Origin: Luteolibacter sp.
Lineage (GTDB): Bacteria; Verrucomicrobiota; Verrucomicrobiia; Verrucomicrobiales; Akkermansiaceae
Direction of reading: 5' to 3'
DNA: 64,000 bases
NCBI GenBank assembly: GCA_051251795.1
Contig: JBPOGC010000001.1
Location: forward strand, 9,207-73,206
Each line of letters opens with the position of its first letter. Within the stretch, counting starts at the first letter, position 1. Of this stretch, positions 49,423 to 58,554 are shown piece by piece. Below the pieces are notes generated by a model. It did no database searches, was not told the DNA's origin, and saw only the letters and a program-made list of their open reading frames with translations. The position numbers and the translations under genes are program-made.

Positions 49423-50472
49423 ATGAAAAGAATATATCATTACACCCGTTCCAGCCTTGTGGAAGACATCTTGGAAGCTGGGGAAATAAAGCCTGCAACT
49501 GCTTTTACCAAACCATGGGAACTGCCCGTTGTATGGCTGTCGAATGCAAAAGAGTGGGAACACGCCGCCTCTACAACGGATACCACAACAAAGAGTTTGT
49601 GGCCATTTGAAGCGATTGCTCAAGAAGATCCGTTAGTGAGGTTTGAAATTGATCCCTTGGCAGTGAACACAATTTCCCAGCCTAAGGTTCGGCAAATCCT
49701 AAAAACATGGGAATCATTTTCCTCTTCCCTAGGGGACGAGGCGAAGTCGCAAAGTGCGGATCCTCATCAGTGGATGGCAGTAAAGGGGAATATTCCGCTT
49801 TCAGCGTGCGTTCGAATAGAGATTGCAACGTCCGCAAATCCTTGGAATTGGAGTAAGATTTCTTTCAAATCTCCGTCCAACTGCACCACTGGAAATTCAA
49901 CGGGAGATGACGGATTTCAATCTCGAGAACATGAAAAACCTGCAACGGATGACAAAAAGACAGCGTCTTCTCATTCGGGCACGAGCGCGACCTGTGGAAA
50001 TCTAGTACACTTGACCCTAAATACCGGTCATAGTTTCACTCGACCACTGGCGATATTGAGACCCGTTGATCTCCGCTTACTGACTCCCATAGTTTACGAC
50101 GGAGGTGGGTTTATACCGAACTTCTCCCCTTGGAGGTGCGTTATCGCACAAGAAGATGGTATCGCCACTTTTGACATTCGCAGAAATGTCGAAGACGTCG
50201 TTACATTTAACATGGTCGCATGGACTATTCAGGGTGCACAGAAGGGCAAAAAAATGTTAAAAGACCTATATACTTCTATGTTGAGTACCCTTTCGGACTC
50301 AGGTGCTATCACGACTCCAGAAATGCCAGAGATACCGGATAAACTACCTTGGCTAGCGACACTAATTCTTCCTACGGCTCCTCTTTATGCTAAGTCATCA
50401 GATCTGAAATGGATGGCCGATTTTGAGGGGTGTCTAGCTAGCACAATCATCATTCATCATCTCAACGGATAA
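49423..50472 (+). CDS. Two-domain hypothetical protein; N-terminus may have an ADP-ribosyltransferase-like fold
   Basis: YHYT...ILEAGEIKP...VVWLS...WE pattern, a Ser/Thr-rich linker and a second domain. Confidence 0.6.
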   Translation: MKRIYHYTRSSLVEDILEAGEIKPATAFTKPWELPVVWLSNAKEWEHAASTTDTTTKSLWPFEAIAQEDPLVRFEIDPLAVNTISQPKVRQILKTWESFSSSLGDEAKSQSADPHQWMAVKGNIPLSACVRIEIATSANPWNWSKISFKSPSNCTTGNSTGDDGFQSREHEKPATDDKKTASSHSGTSATCGNLVHLTLNTGHSFTRPLAILRPVDLRLLTPIVYDGGGFIPNFSPWRCVIAQEDGIATFDIRRNVEDVVTFNMVAWTIQGAQKGKKMLKDLYTSMLSTLSDSGAITTPEMPEIPDKLPWLATLILPTAPLYAKSSDLKWMADFEGCLASTIIIHHLNG

Positions 50473-50535
50473 CTCTGAATACATTTAAATTTCAGAGACA
50501 TACTGTATCAGGAACTTAATGCTCCTGAGCTTCAT

Positions 50536-50589
50536 GGCCGGAAACCGAAACTCAATATCTCCGATCTTAGAGGTTTTCGGTTTCCGGCC
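50536..50589. repeat. Perfect 15-bp inverted repeat with 24-nt spacer
   Basis: GGCCGGAAACCGAAA (50536-50550) pairs with TTTCGGTTTCCGGCC (50575-50589). Confidence 0.9.
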
Positions 50590-51233
50590 TAACATTCCTT
50601 CATAAAAAAGCCAGAATAAGGCCATCTTGTAATTTCTAGTAGAAGGCTAATTAGAAGAATCGAACTTTGACTTGCCGGATCTAGAAAAGTTCGCGCGATA
50701 CGCTACCAGTAGTGCGGAGGAAGTATGACAGCCTTCCCAAAATTGAAGGATCCGAGCTGTGTCATATCGTGCAATCGGGCTTCCCTCCTTCAAGATTCCT
50801 GAAGATAGGAAGCAGTGCCGGCCACAGGTAACTTCTATTAGATAAAGTTCAGAATCGAAGTTTAGATAAATACATCATTTTCATATCAACAATCCAGCTC
50901 ATAAGTATGTCATAGAGACCTAAACCATTCGGTGCGGTAACGTAACCAAAACACTTCAAGGTTTTACAATCAGGCAGCAGTTCTGATACCCTATCAGCTT
51001 CCTTAGTTGAAGGTCTCCGAATCTTCCAATTTGACAGTAGTGTTTTCTTCGGGTTATTATACAAACTAGGAAATCTACGCCAACCCCTTGCACGGGGAGA
51101 CCGGTAATGGATTCTATGCCACCCATCATATTAACTAAATTAATAAATAATGAAACATCTACCTCCATCAAATAAAAGAATCAAAGGGGATAATATATCA
51201 TCTAGCGCCAATCCTAGAGAAACTATCCCAGCA

Positions 51234-51815
51234 ATGAATCCATCCCTTGCAAAAGAGCTGATTGCGGCGGCCGAGGTGGGTCACATACACCTTATCGAAT
51301 GGTTTCTGGTAGCTCGGTTATTGGATGCAGACCTATGCGGAGAAATTCTGTCTGCAGCATCACACAAAGGTAATATCCAAATTGTACGCCTACTCCTTAA
51401 ACATGGCTGTGAGGTGCAGTTTGACGACAATCGTCCTTTGTTTTTAGCCCAAACCGGTGGATCTTTGGCGATTATTCGACTACTACTTTCCAATGGGGCG
51501 AGAAGCAATTTCTCTCACACTTCGACAGCGGCTCAAGATGGGAATCACCTTTTTCTTGGATTGCTGATGCCAACTACAACTTGGAGCTATGATGAATTGG
51601 ATCAATTATTGGGTATTGCGGGCGCTACCGCCGATGCCACCGGCTGCATCAGGTGTATACAAACTGTAATCCGGCATTGTTCAACAGATCATCTTCTTGA
51701 GTTACTAACGAAAAAGGATGTTCTTGAGTATGAAGAAAATCCAGGGCTCGAAATCGTACAAGTTCTAGCGCACGAGAAATTACGGTTTCGGCGATACACT
51801 CCGGATCCGTTTTAG
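51234..51815 (+). CDS. Ankyrin-repeat protein
   Basis: AASHKGNIQIVRLLLKHG and LFLAQTGGSLAIIRLLLSNGA. Confidence 0.75.
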   Translation: MNPSLAKELIAAAEVGHIHLIEWFLVARLLDADLCGEILSAASHKGNIQIVRLLLKHGCEVQFDDNRPLFLAQTGGSLAIIRLLLSNGARSNFSHTSTAAQDGNHLFLGLLMPTTTWSYDELDQLLGIAGATADATGCIRCIQTVIRHCSTDHLLELLTKKDVLEYEENPGLEIVQVLAHEKLRFRRYTPDPF

Positions 51816-52065
51816 TCCCCACCATCTTTGACCCAACCGTCAAGCTCTTCGCTTCCCACGCCAATCTTCCAACCTATGACGATCTGCAACGACTGATCGG
51901 CAGTGGACGGTTTCTGCTGAGCCACGGCTCCGAAAGTGGAATAAACGTCGCCAGCAAAAAGATCCACGATCTGATCCGACGTGTCTGCCGTTGAATCGAT
52001 TCCAACTACGCAACCAGCACGATATGGAAATCACCGCATCTTGCTACAAATATTGAAGATTGATG

Positions 52066-53427
52066 TCATGCCGAATTTTCTTGAAGAAAACCATTCATCC
52101 CAAGGGTTTCATAGCAATTCGCTACATCTCCCGTTGTAAGATCAAACCTGCAGTTTTTCTCCAAAGCTTCTGGCAGCACTTCGTATTTGGCCAATTTCTC
52201 AAGTCCATGTTCAGTGAGATAGAACCCACCGCGTTCTTCATTTGAGAGAAGGTAAGTTTCGTTCCCCAGATGATCTCTTCCTGCTGGGATCACAAGGTAG
52301 GAGTAACCGTCCAATCCGGTCACACTTGTTTCCCACCACGTTTCCTGTTCAACCAATTTTCGGATCAGACGTCGCTGTCGCCAGACCCACTGGCGATTCA
52401 GCTTAGGTGAGAGGTGATGTATTTTGGCGAATTTGCCTACAGCACGCCTCCACGCCGTAGTGGTAGGAGTTATTAACGTTAGTTTTCCTACGCTTTGCCA
52501 GGCCCGTTCTGGCAGGACATTTTTAGGTCGACTCAGTACTCGTGCACCTTTTGGAATTGGGGTTCCTTCATCCCTAGATTGGCTAAGTGTTCGACTGTAA
52601 TTCCACGCCATATAAGCTGCACTCCTTAGAATTGCGGCAATACCTGAGGCAGCTCGGGATCGTGAAATTCCTATTCCCAACTTTGAACTTCGAACGGTCG
52701 AAATAATCCGGTCGATGAGCGATTTTTCCATCCTAGCTGATCTCGGATATTTGCTCCACGCAAGGAGGTGAACGTGTAGACGTCCTTCGTTTGATGAATC
52801 TGGATGATATGCCACAACCTCGACGCTTTCAAAATCAGCTCTGTAAAGTTGGTTTCCTGTGAAGTTTTTGAGCATTTTTCTAATCTCCTTGTAGTTGAAG
52901 TCCCCCGCAAAGGTTAGAGTGATGAAATGAACTCTTTTCATCTTACCGAGATTCAATTGGAGTTCTTGGTAGAATTGAAATGCCCGCCTATCCCAGTTCC
53001 GGTTGTTTGGTAGGCAAATGGCCACCGAAAGTTTTTGCCTTGCTGCCATAACCAGCGCCTTGAGATGCCAAAAGTAAGGCCGAAGTATCTGTTTTGCTTC
53101 TTCACTACCTCCTCGACGTATTTGTCCAAGATATTTCGAGGCTTTTTCTCTAATCTCCCTTAAAACCATTTGTCCATTTGGCAGACGGGGAGAAAGCTTC
53201 ATGGCTAGTTCTCGACATAATATCCTCCAATCTTTTGAGTCAGTTGTTTTCCTTTTAGTAGACAAGGGAGCCACGTCGTTAAATAGGTCTTTGAATCGGA
53301 GCCAGTCCCATCGTTGAGAGTCTGATTCAAAACAAAGAGCACCTCTTCCGCTGGCATCGAATTTAATGTTCCGAAAAGGTATTGGGGGTCGAGATCGGAG
53401 AGGGGCCTCTATATTTTTCGTTATCAT
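52066..53427 (-). CDS. HUH-family rolling-circle Rep-like endonuclease
   Basis: Motif I HFITLTF, motif II GRLHVHLL and motif III-like AAYMAWNY, in canonical order. Confidence 0.7.
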   Translation of the reverse strand: MITKNIEAPLRSRPPIPFRNIKFDASGRGALCFESDSQRWDWLRFKDLFNDVAPLSTKRKTTDSKDWRILCRELAMKLSPRLPNGQMVLREIREKASKYLGQIRRGGSEEAKQILRPYFWHLKALVMAARQKLSVAICLPNNRNWDRRAFQFYQELQLNLGKMKRVHFITLTFAGDFNYKEIRKMLKNFTGNQLYRADFESVEVVAYHPDSSNEGRLHVHLLAWSKYPRSARMEKSLIDRIISTVRSSKLGIGISRSRAASGIAAILRSAAYMAWNYSRTLSQSRDEGTPIPKGARVLSRPKNVLPERAWQSVGKLTLITPTTTAWRRAVGKFAKIHHLSPKLNRQWVWRQRRLIRKLVEQETWWETSVTGLDGYSYLVIPAGRDHLGNETYLLSNEERGGFYLTEHGLEKLAKYEVLPEALEKNCRFDLTTGDVANCYETLGMNGFLQENSA

Positions 53428-53594
53428 ATATTTTTTACCAATTGGTTTATTTCACTTTATTATGTTTTTAAGGAATAACAAACAGTTTTCTGCGGTCGTA
53501 GTCGCGTAGCAAAATTACACTCTTACCATGTGCGACTAGGAGGTTTGCACTTCAAGTTGGTATGTTACTTTTAGACATTAAGGCCACCGTCTCA

Positions 53595-54731
53595 TCATTC
53601 TCGGATTGGTTTCACGTCGGCGTGAGCTGAACGCCCAGAGCACGAAAGCCCCAGAGCTTTCGCCTTCTTGCCAAGCAGAATGGCGCCTTGCGCACGTCGG
53701 GGCGTCCACCATTTAGAGGATCTGTCATCAATATATTGCAGGAACCTGAGTTTGTCGGCCGGTATGTTGCGGGTATGGGCCAGAAAGGTTTCGCGGGAAT
53801 AGTTTTCCCATATCTTGCTCTTGCCCGCCCCAGAGACCGTCGCCAGTTGATCAGCTTCCGCCCCAAGGCCAGCATTCCGCAGGGCAGAAAGCGTTCTAAC
53901 AAAAGATTCACCCCTTACATTGATGGGTTCCGCCCACACGTGTTCGCATTTTTTGACGCGAATCGCTGCACACACCTCACGTGAGAAGCGGTCGTAATCT
54001 GCTTGGGGAAGACTAGGGCAAATCATCCCGAAGGTGCGAAACCCGTTGTCTTGTAGCCAGTGAAGAGAATCAATCCGCTTTGAAACTAGAGCCGTGCCTT
54101 TTTCGATTGCTCTCGCCACCCGGTCATCAATGGTGCCGGTGGAAAATCCAAATATCAGCCGATGGTAATGGTGAGCCGGAATCATGCAGTCAGCTACCAG
54201 TTTGTGCAAGAGGTTGCTTTTCGAGAGCAGTCGGATCTGCCACCCTGTATGATCGAGAATTAGATTGCACATTTCGGCTGTTTCTCGAAGCAGCTCCATG
54301 TTCGCAGCAACATCGACGGTAGTGGAGGAGTAAACGACCCGGTTGTCATCATCATCTAAGAAAATTCTCCCTCCACTCCGGTTCAAAAGCTGGATCCTGA
54401 GGAGCTCGACAGCATTCCTCCTACGGATAACCCCCTCTTCAAACCTAAGCGGCTTGCCAGTCTTATCCTCATAGGAATTGAGAATTGCCGGTGCGAGAAA
54501 GCGCTGCATGGATCCTACATAGCAAAACGAGCAGCTGTAGCCACATGCGTCGCCCGGGTTAAAGATCAATCCATCACAGAGGAGTTTCTCCCGGAATGCA
54601 TCATTTCTGATATTGAGAACGGTTTTAGCATCTCGGTAGAGAACGGGTTTACCGTTCATTGTGGAGCGAGATTCCAAATTGGAGCCAGGGTGCGGAGGTT
54701 TTTGTATATTGTGGTCTAGTTGTGTATTCAT
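53595..54731 (-). CDS. Radical SAM protein (spore photoproduct lyase-like group)
   Basis: CGYSCSFCY (CxxxCxxC), YSSTTVD and LLSKS. Confidence 0.85.
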   Translation of the reverse strand: MNTQLDHNIQKPPHPGSNLESRSTMNGKPVLYRDAKTVLNIRNDAFREKLLCDGLIFNPGDACGYSCSFCYVGSMQRFLAPAILNSYEDKTGKPLRFEEGVIRRRNAVELLRIQLLNRSGGRIFLDDDDNRVVYSSTTVDVAANMELLRETAEMCNLILDHTGWQIRLLSKSNLLHKLVADCMIPAHHYHRLIFGFSTGTIDDRVARAIEKGTALVSKRIDSLHWLQDNGFRTFGMICPSLPQADYDRFSREVCAAIRVKKCEHVWAEPINVRGESFVRTLSALRNAGLGAEADQLATVSGAGKSKIWENYSRETFLAHTRNIPADKLRFLQYIDDRSSKWWTPRRAQGAILLGKKAKALGLSCSGRSAHADVKPIRE

Positions 54732-55133
54732 GGTATGTTTATTGGTGTTTATGTTGTTGTTAGAAATTCATGGGTAATTGGCGTGATTTGAAATCTTCGG
54801 ATCATCAAAGGCATGGTTCGGAGCCAAAATGTTATTGAACCCGAAACCACTGAAGGTATGGATGCCCAGTGTCCAAAAAAGCTCGATAGAGTGTTTCTTT
54901 GCGCTAATTGTCGCAGGCGTTAAGGGAGCTCTCCTCCGGAAGTAATTGCGACATCACCACTTCCGCCAAACCGATTTTGCCAACTCCATCGAGATTATGG
55001 TAATTCCTCAAATCTCCGGGTTGCCAGGGTGAGAAGTCTCTGAGTAACTGATGAGGAGAACATGCAGCATCACTTCTCGACTTTGTGTCCTTCATAAAAC
55101 AAGTAGTACCGAAGCGCCGAAAAGCGCCAAAAG

Positions 55134-55155
55134 AGTCCCTAACAATTTAGGGACT
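55134..55155. promoter_or_regulatory. Palindrome in a divergent intergenic region
   Basis: AGTCCCTAA-CAAT-TTAGGGACT, preceded by AAGCGCC direct repeats. Confidence 0.4.
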
Positions 55156-55318
55156 TTCATTCTAGTGATGAGATTCGCCTCTCTGGCGTGTGAATGGCCG
55201 ATGACTTCCCTCTTGCTACGGGGAAGGGAATTGGCGAGCGTATTTTCCGAGTTAAGCTTGCCGAGTAGTTTTTGGAGATACCACCCGGACAATTAGCTGC
55301 GATTTAAAGAACCATCGG

Positions 55319-56134
55319 ATGAACCCCCGCGATTCTCATACGGACTACGTCCCTTCCAAGTTTACGGGCAAACTGCAAGATGCAATCAAATCGATGGAAA
55401 TATGGTTGATCTCTTGGAGAAAGTCGGTCGGAGGTGGAAACCCTTGCGAGACCAACCGTCATCTGGATGGTTTTTTACTCTCTTCTTACGAGGGTTACCG
55501 CCTTATGGCCATTGGTCAGGGTAACCATGGTGATGTTGCGAAAGACATCGCCCAGACCTGTGTCTTACAATTGATCAAACGGAATCAGCTAGGCTTTCGT
55601 CCCCCTCTTGTCCCTAGAAGTATTGATTCCCTGCTGGGAGATGAACCCTTGTCTGATGACGAATCGGATTCAGGAACTCCGCTTGCTGCTTATCTATATG
55701 GAGTTTTGTCCAGGGGTGTGGGTGCTCAGACCCGAACACACCGAATGCGAGCGAATCGCACTCGTCCAATTGAAGCTATTGAGCTAGATGAGAAAGAATC
55801 AGATCCGTCAGAGGTCAGTAGCTACTCTCCTCGAAGGCCCGACAGTGTCATAAGGAACGTCAGCGCAGTGCAAAACCTGGAATTTGCGATGCGGATCCAT
55901 GACGACTACCTGAACACAACAACCTACAAGGGTTCCACGCTCCGAGTGGTCTTCGCAGACTGGACCCCGATGGGGGAGTGGGCGGGACGATGTAGCAAGG
56001 AAGATCGTCCAAAGGCCATACCAACGCGCACACTACAACGTCATGTTTCAACTATTAAGAACCTAATCCGAGGGGCAAAAAAGACGAACCGAAGACAGAT
56101 CGAGACGGAAAATCAAACCGATAAGGATCTATAG
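55319..56134 (+). CDS. Divergent ECF sigma-like protein
   Basis: Region-2-like DVAKDIAQTCVLQL...LAAYLYGVLSR and C-terminal helix PTRTLQRHVSTIKNLI. Confidence 0.45.
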   Translation: MNPRDSHTDYVPSKFTGKLQDAIKSMEIWLISWRKSVGGGNPCETNRHLDGFLLSSYEGYRLMAIGQGNHGDVAKDIAQTCVLQLIKRNQLGFRPPLVPRSIDSLLGDEPLSDDESDSGTPLAAYLYGVLSRGVGAQTRTHRMRANRTRPIEAIELDEKESDPSEVSSYSPRRPDSVIRNVSAVQNLEFAMRIHDDYLNTTTYKGSTLRVVFADWTPMGEWAGRCSKEDRPKAIPTRTLQRHVSTIKNLIRGAKKTNRRQIETENQTDKDL

Positions 56135-56698
56135 AAAGAAACAAGCAACCTGCTTATCTACGGAAGAAGATTGATTTCATCAAACCGGTGGACAGGGCGT
56201 AATCTCCAGCGGGTTTGGAATATAATTTGAGCGGGGGAGCCCCCCTGATAGCCTGTCTTTCTGGCCTCTGAAAAACTTTTTTTCGGAGGTGCCAGGCGGG
56301 GGTCAAGGGGGGCTGGGACACAGCTCCAAGTATATTCCATGAGCCGTGGAATGTCCTCGCTTCTACGGGGCGTTGCGGGGTGTCCCCGCTGTGATGGGAG
56401 TGGGCAACAACGTGCCCGCGTGGGAAGACCCCTCTTCCCAGCCAAAATTTCTTAAGTTATTGCTGAGAACGACTAAGAGATGGCACGCATTGGACATCTG
56501 TATTCCAAGACAAACCTAATTGAATGCGACTCCGAAACGCTAGTGCTCTCAATCGGAAATTCACACGCTGCCCGAATATCTCACCGACTCTAGTGGTACA
56601 CGAGTCATCAAACTCAAAATCTAAATAACAGCGCGAATCTTCTCGGTCTAGAATAGTTCTGGAGGAATTCGTCGAAACTCCTAAGCTAGCGTCCAGCG

Positions 56699-58552
56699 AT
56701 GTGGACAGACACCGAAACTACCGATGACCTTCTCAATTTTTCCATCATCGCGCAAACTGCTGCGCAGTTGATCAAGGATTCTGATTCTGCGCCTTTGTCG
56801 ATCGGAGTTTCAGGAAACTGGGGAACTGGAAAGTCTTCTCTGGTGAAGATGATTGGCGAGAAACTCAAAGAGGACGAGGCTGACAAGAGTCGGTTTGTCT
56901 TTCTGGAATTCAATGCCTGGCTATATCAAGGTTACGACGATGCCAGAATGGCATTGCTTCAATCTGTTTCAGACTGCCTTCTGGAAGAGACTCATCGACG
57001 AAAGACAAACGTTGAGAAGGCTACGGAGTTCGCGAAGAGGATCAACTGGTTAAAAATTGGAAAACTTTTGGCACCAGCCGCAGCAGGAGCCGTGATAGGT
57101 GGAACAGTGGCCGGACCCATTGGGGCGGTTGTGGGCGCAGCGCAAGGTCTGGCAAAAAAAGGAGCGTCAGCCACTTCTGAGGATTACGACAAGGTAAGCG
57201 AAGCTTGCGGATCCTTGGGCACGGATCTAACGGGAATTCTCGCAGAAAAAAAGGGTATATCTTTGCCAAAAGAAATCGACGGGATTCGAAAAGCGTTTGA
57301 AGAGCTCCTTAGGGAAATGGACATCACTCTGGTCGTGCTGGTGGATGATTTGGATCGGTGCCTACCCGATACCGCAATTTCGACATTGGAAGCCATGAGG
57401 CTTTTGCTGTTGCTTCCTCGGACTGCTTTCATAATTGCTGCTGATGAAGAGATGATTCGCCATGCAGTCCGGCATCACTTTGACGGGATCGATATAGGCG
57501 AGGATCTAGTAACCAGCTATTTCGACAAGCTCATCCAAATACCTCTGCGGGTTCCCAGGTTAGGTCACGCCGAGGTAAAAGGATACCTGATACTACTTTT
57601 TGCGCAATTGGAGGTGCGGAGGAATAAGCTAACTGAGAAAGAATACGAAAAAGCCAAAGAGGCTATTCTGAAATCCGTAAAAGAGTCTTGGGGATCAGGT
57701 CTGACCAGAGAGGCTATGGGCACCGCTTTCTCAGGGCACGAGGTGATGAAACCACTGATCGGTCTAGCGGATCAGATTGCTGGTCTTCTCACGACCGCAA
57801 ACCAAATTGCCGGAAATCCTAGGTTGATCAAACGCTTCCTCAACGATCTCAACATCCGGAAAACCGTAGCTGATGCTGAAGGGATGTCATTGGCGTATGA
57901 AGCTCTTTTGAAATTACAGCTCTTCGAGCGGTGCGTTACCCCCGCAGCTTTTGAATTCTTGGTTTCGGAGTCAAGTAAGAGTGAGGAAGGGAAGCCGAGC
58001 TTTTTGGCAAAGCTGGAACTGATGTTGGCAGATGGGAAAGACTATGTAGAACCTGACGAGAGTTGGAAGGATCCGTTCATTGAAACTTGGATGAAACTAC
58101 ATCCTCCGCTAGGTGATCTAGATCTCAGGCCAATTCTCAATCTTAGCAGAACGCAGGTAAGTGCGACTGTAAGCTACGACAAGCTTAGTAGCCAAGCACT
58201 GGAAGTTATTGAAAACATCGTTGAGTGCAAGGATGTAGAGCCGTTTATTGTAAAAAGGGTGCGCGAGTTGACTGAAGCCGAAGCGGAACAAATTTTGGTC
58301 AGGCTATCGAGAAAAGCTCGCGGCGAGCAATTTTCAACTCCATCGATACTTCGCATAATGAATGTCACCGAGGCCTACCCCGGCCTTGGAAGCAACTTGG
58401 CCACATTGCTTGCGGAAATACCGGCAAAGGGAAGGAAGGCACCACTAATTCCACACCTTAAGGGCAAGCCATGGGCTAAAGAAATTATGCGTAAATGGGG
58501 GGATGATCCAAGAACTCCGAATCCGGCCAGAAAAGCGATCAAAGCTAATTAA
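56699..58552 (+). CDS. qatA: Qat system KAP-family P-loop NTPase
   Basis: MWTDTET start, GNWGTGKS, LVDDLDRCLP, YFDKLIQIP and GNPRLIKRF. Confidence 0.92.
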   Translation: MWTDTETTDDLLNFSIIAQTAAQLIKDSDSAPLSIGVSGNWGTGKSSLVKMIGEKLKEDEADKSRFVFLEFNAWLYQGYDDARMALLQSVSDCLLEETHRRKTNVEKATEFAKRINWLKIGKLLAPAAAGAVIGGTVAGPIGAVVGAAQGLAKKGASATSEDYDKVSEACGSLGTDLTGILAEKKGISLPKEIDGIRKAFEELLREMDITLVVLVDDLDRCLPDTAISTLEAMRLLLLLPRTAFIIAADEEMIRHAVRHHFDGIDIGEDLVTSYFDKLIQIPLRVPRLGHAEVKGYLILLFAQLEVRRNKLTEKEYEKAKEAILKSVKESWGSGLTREAMGTAFSGHEVMKPLIGLADQIAGLLTTANQIAGNPRLIKRFLNDLNIRKTVADAEGMSLAYEALLKLQLFERCVTPAAFEFLVSESSKSEEGKPSFLAKLELMLADGKDYVEPDESWKDPFIETWMKLHPPLGDLDLRPILNLSRTQVSATVSYDKLSSQALEVIENIVECKDVEPFIVKRVRELTEAEAEQILVRLSRKARGEQFSTPSILRIMNVTEAYPGLGSNLATLLAEIPAKGRKAPLIPHLKGKPWAKEIMRKWGDDPRTPNPARKAIKAN

Positions 58553-58554
58553 TC

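Noticed and set aside
50849-51171. Two overlapping 71-aa minus-strand ORFs as a possible frameshifted relic
   Set aside because: No recognisable family motif; cannot be supported without BLASTx.
54904-55292. Two small minus-strand ORFs with an ATGA overlap
   Set aside because: The overlap is suggestive, but there are no motifs and the region contains promoter-like palindromes.
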